The position numbers and the translations under genes are program-made. A stretch of DNA of 54,641 nt from Pseudomonadota bacterium (GTDB taxonomy: Bacteria; Pseudomonadota; Gammaproteobacteria; UBA9214): NCBI GenBank assembly GCA_029287615.1, contig JARFQV010000200.1:1-54641 (forward strand), given 5' to 3'. Below the pieces are notes generated by a model. The model was not told the DNA's origin and ran no database searches. It saw nothing but the letters and a program-made list of their open reading frames with translations. Position 1 is the first letter of the stretch. Every line of letters begins with the position of its first letter. This document shows, in pieces, positions 1-11,392 of this stretch.

Positions 1-875
1 GCTTCCAGGGCTGCTATTCGCGCCTCCAGGGGTGGGTGACTCATGAACAGCTGTTTCAGGCCCTCGGTGATCCCACCATGAATGCCGAATGCGGCAAACT
101 GGTCGGGCAAGGCATGAGGCTCCTGGACCTTTTGCAGGCCACGCAGGGCGTCGATCATCTTCTGACGTCCCGCGAGGGACGCGCCACCCGCATCGGCATG
201 ATACTCGCGCCAGCGGGAGAACCACATGACGATGGCCGATGCCAGAATCGACAGAAAGATCTGGGCAACAATGGAGGTGATGAAATAGGCGGGTCCGTAA
301 CCCCGCTCCGTCTTGAACACCACCCTGTCCACCACGTGACCGATCACCCGCGACAGGAAGATCACAAAGGTATTGACAACCCCCTGCAGCAGACCCATGG
401 TCACCATGTCTCCGTTACTGACGTGGCTGATCTCGTGCCCCAGGACCGCCTCGACCTGGTCGCTGTTCATTCGTTGCAGTAGTCCGGAACTGACGGCCAC
501 CAGCGCACTGTTCCTGTTCATACCGGTGGCAAAGGCATTCGGATCCGGGGAATTGAAAATACCAACCTCCGGCATCCCGATACCTGCCTGCCTGGCCTGC
601 CGGCTGACGGTATCCACCAGCCATTGTTCCGTCCTGTTCGAGGGTCTTTCGATAATCTGCACCCCCATCGATTTCTTTGCCATGAATTTCGACATGGCAA
701 GGGATATGAAAGAACCGCCAAAACCGATTACCGCTGACATGACCAGCAACGCATTGAGATTCAGGTCAACACCGTTCTCCTGGAGAATGCCATCAATACC
801 GAATAATTGGAAAACCACGCTGATCAGCACCAGAACTGCCGCATTGGTCGCCAGAAACAGGAATATTCGCATCAT
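1..875 (-). CDS. htpX: Zn-metalloprotease HtpX (peptidase M48); C-terminal end runs off the window start
   Basis: Not in the ORF track because it has no in-window stop. My minus-strand translation from ATG (875-873) reads MMRIFLFLATNAAVLVLISVVFQLFGIDGILQENG.... The HExxH zinc motif GHEISHV is encoded at ~421-440. The tail ...QLFMSHPPLEARIAALEA reaches base 3. The track ORF 373..894(+) is antisense to it. Confidence 0.85.
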   Translation of the reverse strand, partial: MMRIFLFLATNAAVLVLISVVFQLFGIDGILQENGVDLNLNALLVMSAVIGFGGSFISLAMSKFMAKKSMGVQIIERPSNRTEQWLVDTVSRQARQAGIGMPEVGIFNSPDPNAFATGMNRNSALVAVSSGLLQRMNSDQVEAVLGHEISHVSNGDMVTMGLLQGVVNTFVIFLSRVIGHVVDRVVFKTERGYGPAYFITSIVAQIFLSILASAIVMWFSRWREYHADAGGASLAGRQKMIDALRGLQKVQEPHALPDQFAAFGIHGGITEGLKQLFMSHPPLEARIAALE

Positions 876-1104
876 CTCGGTTACCTTCTGTTAACGGTTT
901 GGTTCATCAGCCGCGGGGCCACACGCAGACAGTCGCACCCCTTGCTGGTAAATAATAGCAGATCTCCCCTGCCTGCCAGCAGGTTCGTTCCCGGTTACAG
1001 GCAGCAATCGAACAGGAGGCCCGGACAGAAACTTCTTTGCCCCTTCGGCATGCAACAAATTATAATCCGGCGACCTGCTCATCGTACACAACTCCCGATA
1101 AACC

Positions 1105-2700
1105 ATGGATCTAGTCTGGATTGGCATAGCCTTTGTATTCGGTTTCGCCGCAAGACAATGCAAGCTGCCGCCCCTGGTCGGATTCCTGATCGCAGGATTC
1201 GTACTCAAGGCAATGGGAATGCAGGGTGGTGACTTGCTGGAGACGGTCTCCGAGCTTGGCGTTACCCTGCTGTTATTCAGCATTGGGCTGAAACTGAAGA
1301 TTCAGACACTGCTTCGCCCCCAGGTCTGGGCCGTAGCCTCCACACACATGTTCATCACCGTGCTCATCTACAGCCTCGGGATCTTCGGACTGAGCACCAC
1401 CGGCCTGTCACTGTTCAGTGGACTTGATTTTCAGCTATCTTTGCTCATCGCCTTCGCATTGAGCTTTTCCAGTACGGTTTTTGCGGTCAAGGTACTTGAG
1501 GAAAAGGGGGAATCCAGCACACTGCACGGACGGATTGCGATCGGGATCCTGATCATGCAGGATATCGCCGCCGTGGTGTTTATCGCCATCTCGATGGCGA
1601 AGGTGCCCTCACCCTGGGCCATCGCGCTGCTTGCACTGTTGCCCCTGCGGCCTGTGCTGATGGCAATCCTGGGCCGTTGCGGACATGGAGAGTTGCTGAT
1701 CCTGTATGGCCTCCTGCTGGCTTTCGGCGGCGGTCTGGCCTTTGAAGTCGTCTATCTCAAGGGTGACCTGGGAGCCCTGATCATGGGCATCCTGCTCGCT
1801 GGACACCCGAAATCACCTGAACTGGCAAGATCACTGCTGGGATTCAAGGATCTGTTCCTGGTCGGTTTCTTTCTGTCTATCGGATTTGCAGGCACACCCA
1901 GTCTGGCGGCACTCGAAGTCGCCCTTCTGCTCTCACTCGCGGTCAGCATCAAGGTAGTGCTGTTCTTCCTGCTGCTGACCCACTTCCAGTTGCGTGCCCG
2001 CACCTCCCTTCTGACCTCACTGAGCCTGGCCAATTACAGCGAATTCGGCCTCATTGTGGGGGCGATCGGCCTGGACAATGGCTGGGTAAGCCCGGAATGG
2101 CTGGTCGCAATCGCCCTCTCACTGTCGATTACCTTCGTCATCGCCTCTCCGCTGAACAGTGCCGCACACAGCATCTATGCGCGCCTTGACAACAGACTGA
2201 AACGCTATGAAACCGGCATTCGCCTGCCGGATGACAGGCCGATAGACCCGGGTAATGCAGAGATCGTGATCTTCGGTATGGGCCGTGTGGGTACCGGCGC
2301 CTATGACCTGATGCGGGAAAGACACGGCGACGTCGTTCTGGGGATAGATGCAGATAACGATGTGGTACTCGAACACCAGTCAGCCGGGCGCACGGTCAAA
2401 AAAGGCGATCCCACCGACCCTGACTTCTGGGAAATGGCAACCGATGTAACTCATCATATCAAACTGGTGATGCTTGCGCTGCCCAATCATCGTGAAAATC
2501 TGTATATCGTGGAAGCGATGGTCGAGAAGGGATTTGACGGCATCATTACGGCTACCGCGAAATTCCCGGACGAGCGCATCGCACTGAAAGAGGCCGGGGC
2601 CCATGCCGCCTATAATATCTACGCCGAGGCGGGCGCCGGCTTTGCGGAACATGTGAACGAAACCTATACCGCAGGGGGCGAGGTGCGGATCCCGGAATAA
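1105..2700 (+). CDS. CPA2-family cation:proton antiporter with C-terminal RCK/TrkA-N domain (Kef/YbaL-like)
   Basis: 531-aa ORF with an ATG start. About 380 aa are polytopic membrane sequence (MDLVWIGIAFVFGFAARQCKLPPLVGFLIAGFVL...). A Rossmann GxGxxG motif follows (IVIFGMGRVGTGAYDLM), typical of Kef-type exchangers. Confidence 0.85.
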   Translation: MDLVWIGIAFVFGFAARQCKLPPLVGFLIAGFVLKAMGMQGGDLLETVSELGVTLLLFSIGLKLKIQTLLRPQVWAVASTHMFITVLIYSLGIFGLSTTGLSLFSGLDFQLSLLIAFALSFSSTVFAVKVLEEKGESSTLHGRIAIGILIMQDIAAVVFIAISMAKVPSPWAIALLALLPLRPVLMAILGRCGHGELLILYGLLLAFGGGLAFEVVYLKGDLGALIMGILLAGHPKSPELARSLLGFKDLFLVGFFLSIGFAGTPSLAALEVALLLSLAVSIKVVLFFLLLTHFQLRARTSLLTSLSLANYSEFGLIVGAIGLDNGWVSPEWLVAIALSLSITFVIASPLNSAAHSIYARLDNRLKRYETGIRLPDDRPIDPGNAEIVIFGMGRVGTGAYDLMRERHGDVVLGIDADNDVVLEHQSAGRTVKKGDPTDPDFWEMATDVTHHIKLVMLALPNHRENLYIVEAMVEKGFDGIITATAKFPDERIALKEAGAHAAYNIYAEAGAGFAEHVNETYTAGGEVRIPE

Positions 2701-4065
2701 TCAGCATTCGATCACGTTGACTGCCAGGCCACCGCGCGCCGTTTCCTTGTACTTGGTTTTCATATCGGCGCCGGTCTCGCGCATGGTCCGGATCACCTTG
2801 TCCAGGGAAACGAAATGGCGGCCATCACCGCGCAGCGCCATGCGCGAGGCATTGATGGCCTTGACCGCCCCCATCGCATTGCGCTCGATGCACGGTACCT
2901 GCACCAGACCACCAATCGGATCACAGGTAAGTCCCAGGTTGTGTTCCATGGCAATCTCCGCTGCATTTTCTACCTGTTCGGGCGTACCACCCAGGACCTC
3001 GGTGAGCCCCGCGGCCGCCATCGAACAGGCCGATCCCACCTCGCCCTGACAGCCAACCTCGGCACCGGAAATAGAGGCATTTTCCTTGTAGAGAATGCCG
3101 ACTGCACCGGCTGTCAGCAGAAAGCGCACCACACCGTCATCTGTGCATCCCTGCGAGAACTTCCAGTAATAGTGCAGTACCGCGGGTATGATCCCCGCAG
3201 CGCCGTTAGTGGGCGCCGTCACCACCCGACCACCGTCCGCATTTTCCTCGTTCACCGCCAGCGCAAACAGGTTTACCCAGTCCATGGTGCCGAGGGGAAC
3301 ATTCTGTAGCTGGCTGTCGTTGGTGAGTTGAAGATAGAGTCGCGCGGCTCGACGCTTGACCTTCAGTCCGCCCGGCAATACGCCTTCCGTGCGACAACCG
3401 CGTTCGACGCATGCCTTCATCACCCCCCAGATCTCCAGCAGCCCGGTGCGGATATCTGCCTCGCTGCGCCAGCTCATCTCGTTGCGCAGCATCACCTGAC
3501 TGATGGAGAGGCTGTGCTCGGCGCAATATTCCAGCAGCTGCTTGGCCGTATCGAATGGAAAGGACAGTCGGGTACGGTCCTCTACAATACGATCGGCACC
3601 GGCGGCATCCTCATTGACGACGAAGCCGCCGCCGACTGAATAATAGGTACGTTCGTGCAGCGTATGGCCTTCCGCATCACTGGCACTGAAGCGCAGCCCG
3701 TTGGGATGATATGGCAGCGTCTTGCTGCGATGGAATTTCAGATCACGGACAGGATCAAACGGGATTTCGGGGCCGCCGGGCAGTTGCAGGTGACGCTTTT
3801 CGAGACAGGCTGGTATGAGGCTGGTATCCACGTTTTCCGGCGTTTCGCCTTCCAGGCCCAGTATGAGCGCCTTGTCCGTGCCATGTCCCTTGCCTGTGGC
3901 GCCCAGTGACCCGAACATCTGGACCTGCACCCGGGATACCGCGGCGAGCAATCCACGCGCGTCCAGGTCTCCCACGAACAAGCCGGCGGCCCGCATCGGC
4001 CCGACGGTGTGCGAGCTGGATGGTCCGATACCGATCTTGAAAAGATCGAAAACGCTGATAGCCAT
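2701..4065 (-). CDS. sdaA: L-serine ammonia-lyase (L-serine dehydratase, single-chain Fe-S type)
   Basis: 454 aa with the canonical N-terminus [24 protein letters not shown]. Typical length. ATG start with a GAGGG Shine-Dalgarno upstream. Confidence 0.95.
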   Translation of the reverse strand: MAISVFDLFKIGIGPSSSHTVGPMRAAGLFVGDLDARGLLAAVSRVQVQMFGSLGATGKGHGTDKALILGLEGETPENVDTSLIPACLEKRHLQLPGGPEIPFDPVRDLKFHRSKTLPYHPNGLRFSASDAEGHTLHERTYYSVGGGFVVNEDAAGADRIVEDRTRLSFPFDTAKQLLEYCAEHSLSISQVMLRNEMSWRSEADIRTGLLEIWGVMKACVERGCRTEGVLPGGLKVKRRAARLYLQLTNDSQLQNVPLGTMDWVNLFALAVNEENADGGRVVTAPTNGAAGIIPAVLHYYWKFSQGCTDDGVVRFLLTAGAVGILYKENASISGAEVGCQGEVGSACSMAAAGLTEVLGGTPEQVENAAEIAMEHNLGLTCDPIGGLVQVPCIERNAMGAVKAINASRMALRGDGRHFVSLDKVIRTMRETGADMKTKYKETARGGLAVNVIEC

Positions 4066-4181
4066 AATATCCCTCGTTTACTGCCCCGTGTTGAGGCCAT
4101 GTTTGGCTGTGAACCGGGAGCCTGCCCGGGAACGGGCACACTATGCAAGGCTCGATAGCATCGCCTGGGTGGAAATCCGGA

Positions 4182-7100
4182 CTACTGCACCTCGTCGCCA
4201 CTCCCCATCATGCGCACATCCGTGTCGATCGAGCGCAGGTGAAGATCCCGTTGCGGGAAGGGAATCTCGATGTCGTTCTCACGCAGGGCCGCTTCCATTG
4301 CCATGTTCAGGTCATGTGTCAACGGCATGCGGTGCAGGCGGTCCTCGACAAATGCACGCACCTCGAAATCCAGTGAGCTGTCGCCAAATCCCAGAAAAAA
4401 GACCCTGGGCCGGGGTTCCTTGAGCACCAGGGGATGGGAGGTAACCACTTTCATCAGTATGTCATGCGCCTTTTTTGTATCCGACCCGTAGGCGATCCCG
4501 ATCGGGAGCACAATGCGGGTCGCCGTTTCGGAAAGAGTCCAGTTGATAACCGGCTCCACAACCAGTGCCTGATTGGGTATCACCAGCTCCTTGTTATCCC
4601 AGTCCAGAATGGTTGTGGCGCGAATCCGTATCCGGGATACGATACCACTCACTTCTCCGGCAGTAACGGTATCACCCACCCGGATCGGGCGTTCGAACAG
4701 GATGATCAAACCGGAGAAAAAGTTGGCGAATATCTCCTTCAGCCCGAAACCAAGACCGACTCCCATAGCAGCCACCAGCCACTGTATGTCCGACCAGCGC
4801 ATTCCCAGAAGATGCATAATTATGAAAAAACCGGTCGCGTACAAGACGTAACGGGCAATGCTGATGATTGCATAGCGGTTACCGGCCTCCAGTGAGAACG
4901 GCTGTAGAATGGTGACCTCGAGCAGGCCGGGCAGGTTGCGTGCCCCGATGACGATAATGAGGATCAGGAACACAATAATGCCAATATCACTGAGGGTGAT
5001 GGTAACGAGCTGTTCCCCGTCCGGTCCGCTGATCGTACGGGACCAGATGGCGAGTTTGTCGAGAAACCCGAATGCAGGAGTAATCTCAACCCAGGTCCAC
5101 CACAAGCCGAACAGGATAAAGATACCAACCGCCAGTCGCAGCAGCTCACGGGTCTGAAGGTTGATTTCACGGACATCGATCTCTTCAATATCGCGCAGTT
5201 CAAGGCTCGCCTCACCCGCTGCCCCGGCGGCGGCCTTGTCTGCCATGGCATCGATTTCCTCCAGCTTCCTCGTCTGGGCCCGGGAAAAGGCAAGCCTGCG
5301 CTCGACAATGAGCAGCCAGCGCGCCAGCAGATTATAAGCCAGCACCGCAACGAGAATGATCTCCAGGGAATAGGTCAGTAACAGGAGCAACTGGATAGCG
5401 GTAAAGTAATATCCAACCAGTGACAGAACAACAAGCAGGAGGGGCACAGTGACAACGGCCAGGCTAACCAGTCTGCGGGTATGCCATCGCCAGCCAGCAG
5501 CGTGTTGCGTATCCAGTTCCTCCAGTGCCCGCTGGCGGGCGCTCAGAAGCCTCCAGACCAGTATGGTGATTGCCATGCCCAGTACCACAAAGGCAAGACG
5601 ACCGAGTGCATTGCGATAAACCTCATCCGCCTGCCAATGGGTCATGGAAATCATGAAGACAGTCAGCACGGCAACCGGAACAAACCATCCCAGATTGCGG
5701 CGCAGGACGCGGTACGTGATGTGACGCCAGTGAAAGTGGCTTTCTGCCAGCCCTGATTTTACAAACAGGCATCTGATAAACCACAGTACAAATAGCGTAT
5801 GGGAAGCAGCCTGAAGGCCAAAGCCCGCTGCATCCGAAAATCCGCCACCAAGGTCGGTAGCCAGCAGCCGTCCCGTGTAGTACAGGACCAGCGGCACAGG
5901 AAGGGCAAGCGCAAACGTGATAAACAATGCCTCCATTGTCAGCACGAACCGGTCCCGGGTTACCCGGCCGACGTCTTTCGCCATGGCAGTCAGCCTGGCG
6001 TACATCCGGGGCCGCATCCACAGCATTGTCCCCGCAAACAGGGTGACCAGCAGCGTCAGTACCGGATGAAACCGGATACTGGCAACCAGCTCCGACATTA
6101 CCCCCTCCCACGCATCCACCGAAAGCAACCAGCGAATGGAGGTTACAATCCGTTGCAACCAGCTCAATCCCACTGGCGGACCGCTGGGTATCAGGAAAAG
6201 ATTTTCGTTGAGTAAACCGGAGTATTGCCGGGTCTTTTCCAACAACTGTTTCTGTTCCAGTTCCAGATCACCGAGTGCCTTCAGATACCGGTAATAGGCG
6301 TCATCCAGTGTTCTGAGAAGGTCTCGCCGGCCCTCCAGCAAGGTGCGTAACTCCTGGTGGATGGGTACCCAGAATCCAGGGGGGCGATCGGGTTCATCCT
6401 GCATGGCGCCGACAATCAGTGCGTCGGCCCGCGCATCCAGATCGTCCAGATCCTGCAGGCTGTCCTCGACCTGAAAATGCTGCAATCGTGCGTCGGATGC
6501 ATTGCGGAGCCGCTGCTTTACCCGATAACCGATCTGTTTGGTATCGGGCAGGCTGCGGCTTTCTGCCAGCAGGATTTCACCCAGCGCCTCATTGAGTCCT
6601 GCGATCCGCAGCTGGGTCGTGATGCGTGAGTAATTCTTGTCGAGCGCACTGAACTGCGCCTTTACGGTATCCCTGCGATTGATCGCCTGATCGGTTTCCT
6701 GGTTCAGATCTGTCAGGACCTGACTGAACTCGGCATTCACCCGTGCCGCACGCTGGATGACTGCGTGCTTTCCTACCGATTCCCGCTGCGCCTCATTGGC
6801 AAGCTCCCTCGCCTGCTGTACCTCGGCCTTGCGGCGGTTAATGATCAGCTCTCGCAGTGCCGAAACCACCGCCTCCGCGTCCAGAAGCTGTTGCTGGGCG
6901 AGTTCGCGTTCCGCAACCAGGAGGTCAAGCCGCACGGAACGACTCAGTCTTTCCAGTTGCAGCATCTTGATCCGGGTCGATAATTCCTGAACAGCGGCCT
7001 TGAGCGAGGTCAGCCGCGCCTTCGCAAGATCGCCATCGCCCCCTCCCCCGGAGGCCGCTGACAGATCTTTCCGCGCCTGCTCCAGTTTCTGCTTGCTGCC

Positions 7101-7598
7101 ACTCAGTTCCTCTCGCAGATTTCCGGGCCGTTCCTTCTCGGCAGCGAGCCTGGCGTCAAACTTCGACAAACTGTCTCGCAGGTCGGATACCCTGGCTCTA
7201 CGCTGGACAAGCTGCTGATCCAGTTCATCCAGGCTGTATGTTTCTGAATCGAGGTGCGCGAGTGGTTGTCTGGTTTCCTCCAGAATCCTGGCCAGTTCCT
7301 GTTCCAGTTGCGCGGCCCTGCCGGGCCCCGTCTCGATGACCGCCTTGTAGGATTCAGCGGTGGCGGCATCCTTCTTGGCAGACTTCAGGCGATTCAGCGT
7401 CGTCCAGTAATACCCGAGGACCTTGCCGGTGGCCTCGTCACCGCTGGATACCTTCTCGAGTTCGGTTATCCTCGCCTCGATATTTTCAATGCTCAGCCTG
7501 TCCGTTTCACCGGAGGGGGTATCAACGTTCTCACCAAAAGCAGATGAAAAAACCACACAATGTGTCAGTAACAGTAATATGAGTATTCGGTAATTCAT
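4182..7598 (-). CDS. mscK: Large mechanosensitive channel of the MscK/KefA type (signal peptide, periplasmic coiled-coil region, multi-TM block, MscS-like C-terminal domain)
   Basis: The track ORF starts at TTG 7607. I prefer ATG 7598, which gives MNYRILILLLLTHCVVFSSAFG (signal peptide). A long Q/E/L/R-rich coiled-coil region and about 11 hydrophobic helices follow. The MscS signature ...FERPIRVGDTVTAGEVSGIVSRIRIRATTILDWDNKELVIPN is present. Confidence 0.85.
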   Translation of the reverse strand: MNYRILILLLLTHCVVFSSAFGENVDTPSGETDRLSIENIEARITELEKVSSGDEATGKVLGYYWTTLNRLKSAKKDAATAESYKAVIETGPGRAAQLEQELARILEETRQPLAHLDSETYSLDELDQQLVQRRARVSDLRDSLSKFDARLAAEKERPGNLREELSGSKQKLEQARKDLSAASGGGGDGDLAKARLTSLKAAVQELSTRIKMLQLERLSRSVRLDLLVAERELAQQQLLDAEAVVSALRELIINRRKAEVQQARELANEAQRESVGKHAVIQRAARVNAEFSQVLTDLNQETDQAINRRDTVKAQFSALDKNYSRITTQLRIAGLNEALGEILLAESRSLPDTKQIGYRVKQRLRNASDARLQHFQVEDSLQDLDDLDARADALIVGAMQDEPDRPPGFWVPIHQELRTLLEGRRDLLRTLDDAYYRYLKALGDLELEQKQLLEKTRQYSGLLNENLFLIPSGPPVGLSWLQRIVTSIRWLLSVDAWEGVMSELVASIRFHPVLTLLVTLFAGTMLWMRPRMYARLTAMAKDVGRVTRDRFVLTMEALFITFALALPVPLVLYYTGRLLATDLGGGFSDAAGFGLQAASHTLFVLWFIRCLFVKSGLAESHFHWRHITYRVLRRNLGWFVPVAVLTVFMISMTHWQADEVYRNALGRLAFVVLGMAITILVWRLLSARQRALEELDTQHAAGWRWHTRRLVSLAVVTVPLLLVVLSLVGYYFTAIQLLLLLTYSLEIILVAVLAYNLLARWLLIVERRLAFSRAQTRKLEEIDAMADKAAAGAAGEASLELRDIEEIDVREINLQTRELLRLAVGIFILFGLWWTWVEITPAFGFLDKLAIWSRTISGPDGEQLVTITLSDIGIIVFLILIIVIGARNLPGLLEVTILQPFSLEAGNRYAIISIARYVLYATGFFIIMHLLGMRWSDIQWLVAAMGVGLGFGLKEIFANFFSGLIILFERPIRVGDTVTAGEVSGIVSRIRIRATTILDWDNKELVIPNQALVVEPVINWTLSETATRIVLPIGIAYGSDTKKAHDILMKVVTSHPLVLKEPRPRVFFLGFGDSSLDFEVRAFVEDRLHRMPLTHDLNMAMEAALRENDIEIPFPQRDLHLRSIDTDVRMMGSGDEVQ

Positions 7599-7780
7599 CT
7601 GTATCAAGATTTCAGCACAGGATATGACGGGAATGGATCATCCGGGATCGATTCCGCTTCCAGCCCCGCTGCGGCCAGATTGTGGATTGTACTATAGCGG
7701 ACACGCCGACCCGCAAATTGGCGCTTTCCTATTATTACAGATACTATAGATTTACAGGTACCAGGCATCCGGAGATAGAC

Positions 7781-8062
7781 ATGAAGTCATTCGTTTCAGG
7801 GCTGTCACTGGCAATTCTCTTCACCTGCACGAATTCCGCAACTGCCGGCGAGACAGGCGACACGACGACCGATGCACTGAAATGCGGTAACCATCTGGTC
7901 AATATCGGTGATACCGAATACCAGGTCATCGAACACTGCGGGGAACCGAGCTACCGGGAAGGTAACCGCTGGACGTACAATCAGGGAGCCGGGGCCCTGC
8001 TGAGAATACTGACCTTTGCTGATGGTACACTGCAATCCATCGTCCTCGGCAACCGCCAGTGA
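7781..8062 (+). CDS. Small exported protein, DUF2845-like
   Basis: The track ORF begins at GTG 7682. ATG 7781 is preceded by GGAGA (7771-7775) and gives the signal peptide MKSFVSGLSLAILFTCTNSATA. The mature part CGNHLVNIGDTEYQVIEHCGEPSYREGNRWTY... resembles DUF2845 proteins (family recalled from memory). Confidence 0.6.
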   Translation: MKSFVSGLSLAILFTCTNSATAGETGDTTTDALKCGNHLVNIGDTEYQVIEHCGEPSYREGNRWTYNQGAGALLRILTFADGTLQSIVLGNRQ

Positions 8063-8086
8063 GTGTCACTCCGGCGCATTCCCGCT

Positions 8087-11000
8087 TCAGTGGCTGGATA
8101 CAAATTTGCTGCGTGCCTTACCGCAACCCGTGCTCTTTTCTTTGCGCCCTTCCGCCTTATCGATTGAATGTACCTTCCAGAGGCGCTCCAGGGCAATCTT
8201 GGGAATAAAGATGTAGGGAGCAAAGACGATTCCTCCATAATCCAGGGCGGCCGATGCCGAGGGTACGGCCCGGATAGCCGGATCGGTCAGCGGCCCCTTG
8301 ATGACGATGGGCGATGTGGTGGAGAACATCTTCTTTTTCTGCTTGGGCAACAGCACCAGATCAATGGTTTCGTCTCTCAGATTGATGTCACCCTTGCCAT
8401 TCAGGATCATGGTGGGCCCGTCCAGAAATACCGTCTCGCTGGTTGCCAGGCCATCGTTAAGGTTGAAACTGGCAACCAAACAATCGATATGCCCGGTCCT
8501 TTCCCTGACCCTCGTACGGTAGGCCCAGCCCAGAATATCCAGCGTCAGCAGGTCCAGGTCGCTACGGGCAATTTCAGCGTTTTCCAGCATGATCCCGAAT
8601 TCACCATTGAGACTGGATGCCATCTCATGTGCTGAGTGCCCCTCGCTGGTGAGATCAATCGCCAGGGAGAAATCGCCCTTGAGCGGTACCTTCGGGTTGA
8701 TGTGTCGCCAGGCAGCCATGGCCGGCAGGTCGTCGCCAATAATTTCCAGCCGCATTCGGGGTGGGGTTCTCTTCTCGATCTCCGCCTCCACAGACAAGGT
8801 TGACTTGTCATACAGAAGCTTGAGCGGCTTGACCTTCAAATGGCCATCATTCAGGCCAATCAGGGCATGCATTTGACTGACCATGTAATGAGTGCCCTTG
8901 ACTTCATCAACATCGAGGCGCAGGGCCAGTTCCACGGTCTCCAGGAAATCCAGGTCCAGGGGCTCCCGTCCGAACAGGGGCTCGTCCCTGTCACTGCCTT
9001 TTTTCGGTTGGTCATCCCGTTCCAGATCAATCCCGATATCCTCCGGGTGCAGAACCGGTACCGTAATCCTGCCACTGATCGTTGGCCGATTTCCATCCAG
9101 CCCCAGAAACAGATCCATCATGGAGCTGGTCTTGCCACTGGCCACGCTGCCGGTATACCGGATCTTGTCATGACGGCCGGTGAACCGGCCGTTTGATGAC
9201 AGTGGCCCCAGATTCGACCATCGGGTGTCTGCAAATGCCGGGACACGCCGCAGACTGTCTGCCTGCATCTTCAAGCGTATGTTAATCTTGTTGAAAGCCG
9301 GGGAATCCTGTAGCCTGAGTTCTTCGATCCCCCCCTCGGCAGTCATCAAAAGTACCGGGGCCCTACCGGCTGATAGATCGATATTCCCGATCGTTAGCGC
9401 CTTCTGGCTTCCCTTGACGGTAAAGCTTCCTTTCAGTGGGCCGAGATCGGGTATCGGTCTTCCAGCCAGTGGCGTCAGATCCGAGGTACGCGGGCCTTCC
9501 AGGCGCATATCCAGGTTGAGCCCCTGAAAGGATTGCGGATTATCGATGGAAAACCGGTCGACTCTCCCCGTAGCGGAGATCTCCAGTAAACCGGGGCTTC
9601 CCAGCTTCAGGTTTCCCTTGCTCACACGCAGGGCATTCAATTTCCCGGACAAGCTGAAATCAGTATGGACGGAACCCAGCTCCGGCAGTTCCCGCTCCAG
9701 CAGAAGTCCCACCTCACGGGTTGTCTGCGAGGCAACACTGGCATCGATCTTCACCGATTCGATCAATTCTTCTATCTTTTCCGCATCCAGTGCCCCGAGA
9801 TCAGCGCTCCCGCTGGCACTGATCGTGAGCCTGTCCGGGAGCCCGGCCTGCAGCTTCAGTTTGTCCAGTCGGGATTTGGCCATCTCGCCGCTGAAGTGCA
9901 GCTTTGCGGATACGGGACCGATCTCGGGCAGGGACAGACCCAGCGGCGCTGCAACCTGGCTCGTCTTCTTCGACTCGATCGTGATATCGAAGTCCAATCC
10001 GCTATCGGGGGTATCTTGATCAAACGAGGAGTTTTCTATCCGTCCGGTAAGCGTCACCCAGAGCGCATTACGACTGCCAAAGCGGATATCCATATCCTCC
10101 ACGGACTGACTGCCATCGGCACCGATAATGCGCGCCTGGGCCTTTACCGCACCCATCTCCGGCAGATCACCACCGAGGGTTAGCCTGGCGGCGGCCGTGT
10201 CGGGGGCTGTCACCTGAATGATGATGTCGATACTGGTGAGCGGGTTACTGGCCTCCGGGTCCAGGCCGATCTTGCCCCGGTACGATTCTTCGAGACCATC
10301 CTGAGTGGAGCCCTGTAGTTCGAGATCCTCGATACGGTATTCTCCTCCATCACCACGCACCGTTCCCGCGATCTGCATCCAGTCATATTTCGGCCATTCC
10401 TCCGGAATCTTCCAGGCGATGACTTCCGGATCATCGATGACACCGGATACCCGGATCTCCATTCCATTGCCGGTCCACAGATCCGTAATTACCCCCTCCG
10501 CGCTGACCGTTACATCCTGCTCCCTGGATAAAGCGAGTTTCAGGTCGCGCAAACCGGGTGCATTGATATCCCCGTAGATCGTCCCCGCGCCCCTCAGCTT
10601 TCCCAGTTGAGGGGCCTCCATTCCAAAACGTTTCAGTATCGCCGCAAGATCATTCACATCGCCGGTGAAGGCAAGATTCAGCCCCTGCCCGGTCGATGGA
10701 TCCCTGATATCACCGTTGACCGCCAGCACCAGGTCCTTGCTACTCAACATGACGGAGACGGGCCAGGGACGGCTGTCGTTATAAAACTCCCTGAAACCAC
10801 CCAGTTTTCCCTCCAGCTCATGTGCCATACCATCGAAAATACCCCTGCCGAGGATACTCACAGGACCGCCGGTATAAACATCCCGGATCGTCAGCTCGTC
10901 CAGGATATACTGAATGGCCACATCATCCCGGCTCTGCTGATAGTTCAGCGTAACATTGTGCAGGTCGGCACGTTTGATAACGGGAATCAGGATGTCCGCA

Positions 11001-11392
11001 TCAGACTCCGCCCTTTTGTCACGCTTCCAGGCATCCTGCACAAAACCGATTTCCATACCATCCACACTGAGTTGACTGATAACCAGCCGGCGCATCAGCA
11101 AGGGCCTCAGTTTCAGTTTCAAGACCAGTTTGTCAATCCGGATGCTGTGACTGCCGTCACTCGAGTCCAGCACCAGATCGCGAAGGGACACGGAGGGTGA
11201 CAGGGACGGCTCGACATGAAAGGAACCATTGATCTCCAGGGTTTGATCGCTAAACAGGTCTACTGCCTCGACCAGCACTCTCTGGTAATCCTGATCATCG
11301 AATGACAGGATAATGACCGCAACCACGAGCGCCAGCAGGACGGTGAGGCCAAGCAGGCCCAGTGACAGGTATTTCAGAATACGGAGAGTCAA
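8087..11392 (-). CDS. AsmA-family outer-membrane biogenesis/lipid-transfer-like protein
   Basis: 1101 aa with a single N-terminal TM helix ([26 protein letters not shown]). A very long beta-rich, G/D/L/S-rich periplasmic region follows, as in AsmA/TamB-like proteins. The TTG start overlaps the upstream kinase stop (cTTGA). Confidence 0.7.
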   Translation of the reverse strand: MTLRILKYLSLGLLGLTVLLALVVAVIILSFDDQDYQRVLVEAVDLFSDQTLEINGSFHVEPSLSPSVSLRDLVLDSSDGSHSIRIDKLVLKLKLRPLLMRRLVISQLSVDGMEIGFVQDAWKRDKRAESDADILIPVIKRADLHNVTLNYQQSRDDVAIQYILDELTIRDVYTGGPVSILGRGIFDGMAHELEGKLGGFREFYNDSRPWPVSVMLSSKDLVLAVNGDIRDPSTGQGLNLAFTGDVNDLAAILKRFGMEAPQLGKLRGAGTIYGDINAPGLRDLKLALSREQDVTVSAEGVITDLWTGNGMEIRVSGVIDDPEVIAWKIPEEWPKYDWMQIAGTVRGDGGEYRIEDLELQGSTQDGLEESYRGKIGLDPEASNPLTSIDIIIQVTAPDTAAARLTLGGDLPEMGAVKAQARIIGADGSQSVEDMDIRFGSRNALWVTLTGRIENSSFDQDTPDSGLDFDITIESKKTSQVAAPLGLSLPEIGPVSAKLHFSGEMAKSRLDKLKLQAGLPDRLTISASGSADLGALDAEKIEELIESVKIDASVASQTTREVGLLLERELPELGSVHTDFSLSGKLNALRVSKGNLKLGSPGLLEISATGRVDRFSIDNPQSFQGLNLDMRLEGPRTSDLTPLAGRPIPDLGPLKGSFTVKGSQKALTIGNIDLSAGRAPVLLMTAEGGIEELRLQDSPAFNKINIRLKMQADSLRRVPAFADTRWSNLGPLSSNGRFTGRHDKIRYTGSVASGKTSSMMDLFLGLDGNRPTISGRITVPVLHPEDIGIDLERDDQPKKGSDRDEPLFGREPLDLDFLETVELALRLDVDEVKGTHYMVSQMHALIGLNDGHLKVKPLKLLYDKSTLSVEAEIEKRTPPRMRLEIIGDDLPAMAAWRHINPKVPLKGDFSLAIDLTSEGHSAHEMASSLNGEFGIMLENAEIARSDLDLLTLDILGWAYRTRVRERTGHIDCLVASFNLNDGLATSETVFLDGPTMILNGKGDINLRDETIDLVLLPKQKKKMFSTTSPIVIKGPLTDPAIRAVPSASAALDYGGIVFAPYIFIPKIALERLWKVHSIDKAEGRKEKSTGCGKARSKFVSSH

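Noticed and set aside
373-894. 173-aa plus-strand ORF at the window start.
   Set aside because: It is antisense to a clearly recognisable htpX (HEISH motif, canonical N-terminus) and has low-complexity S/T/P/C-rich composition.
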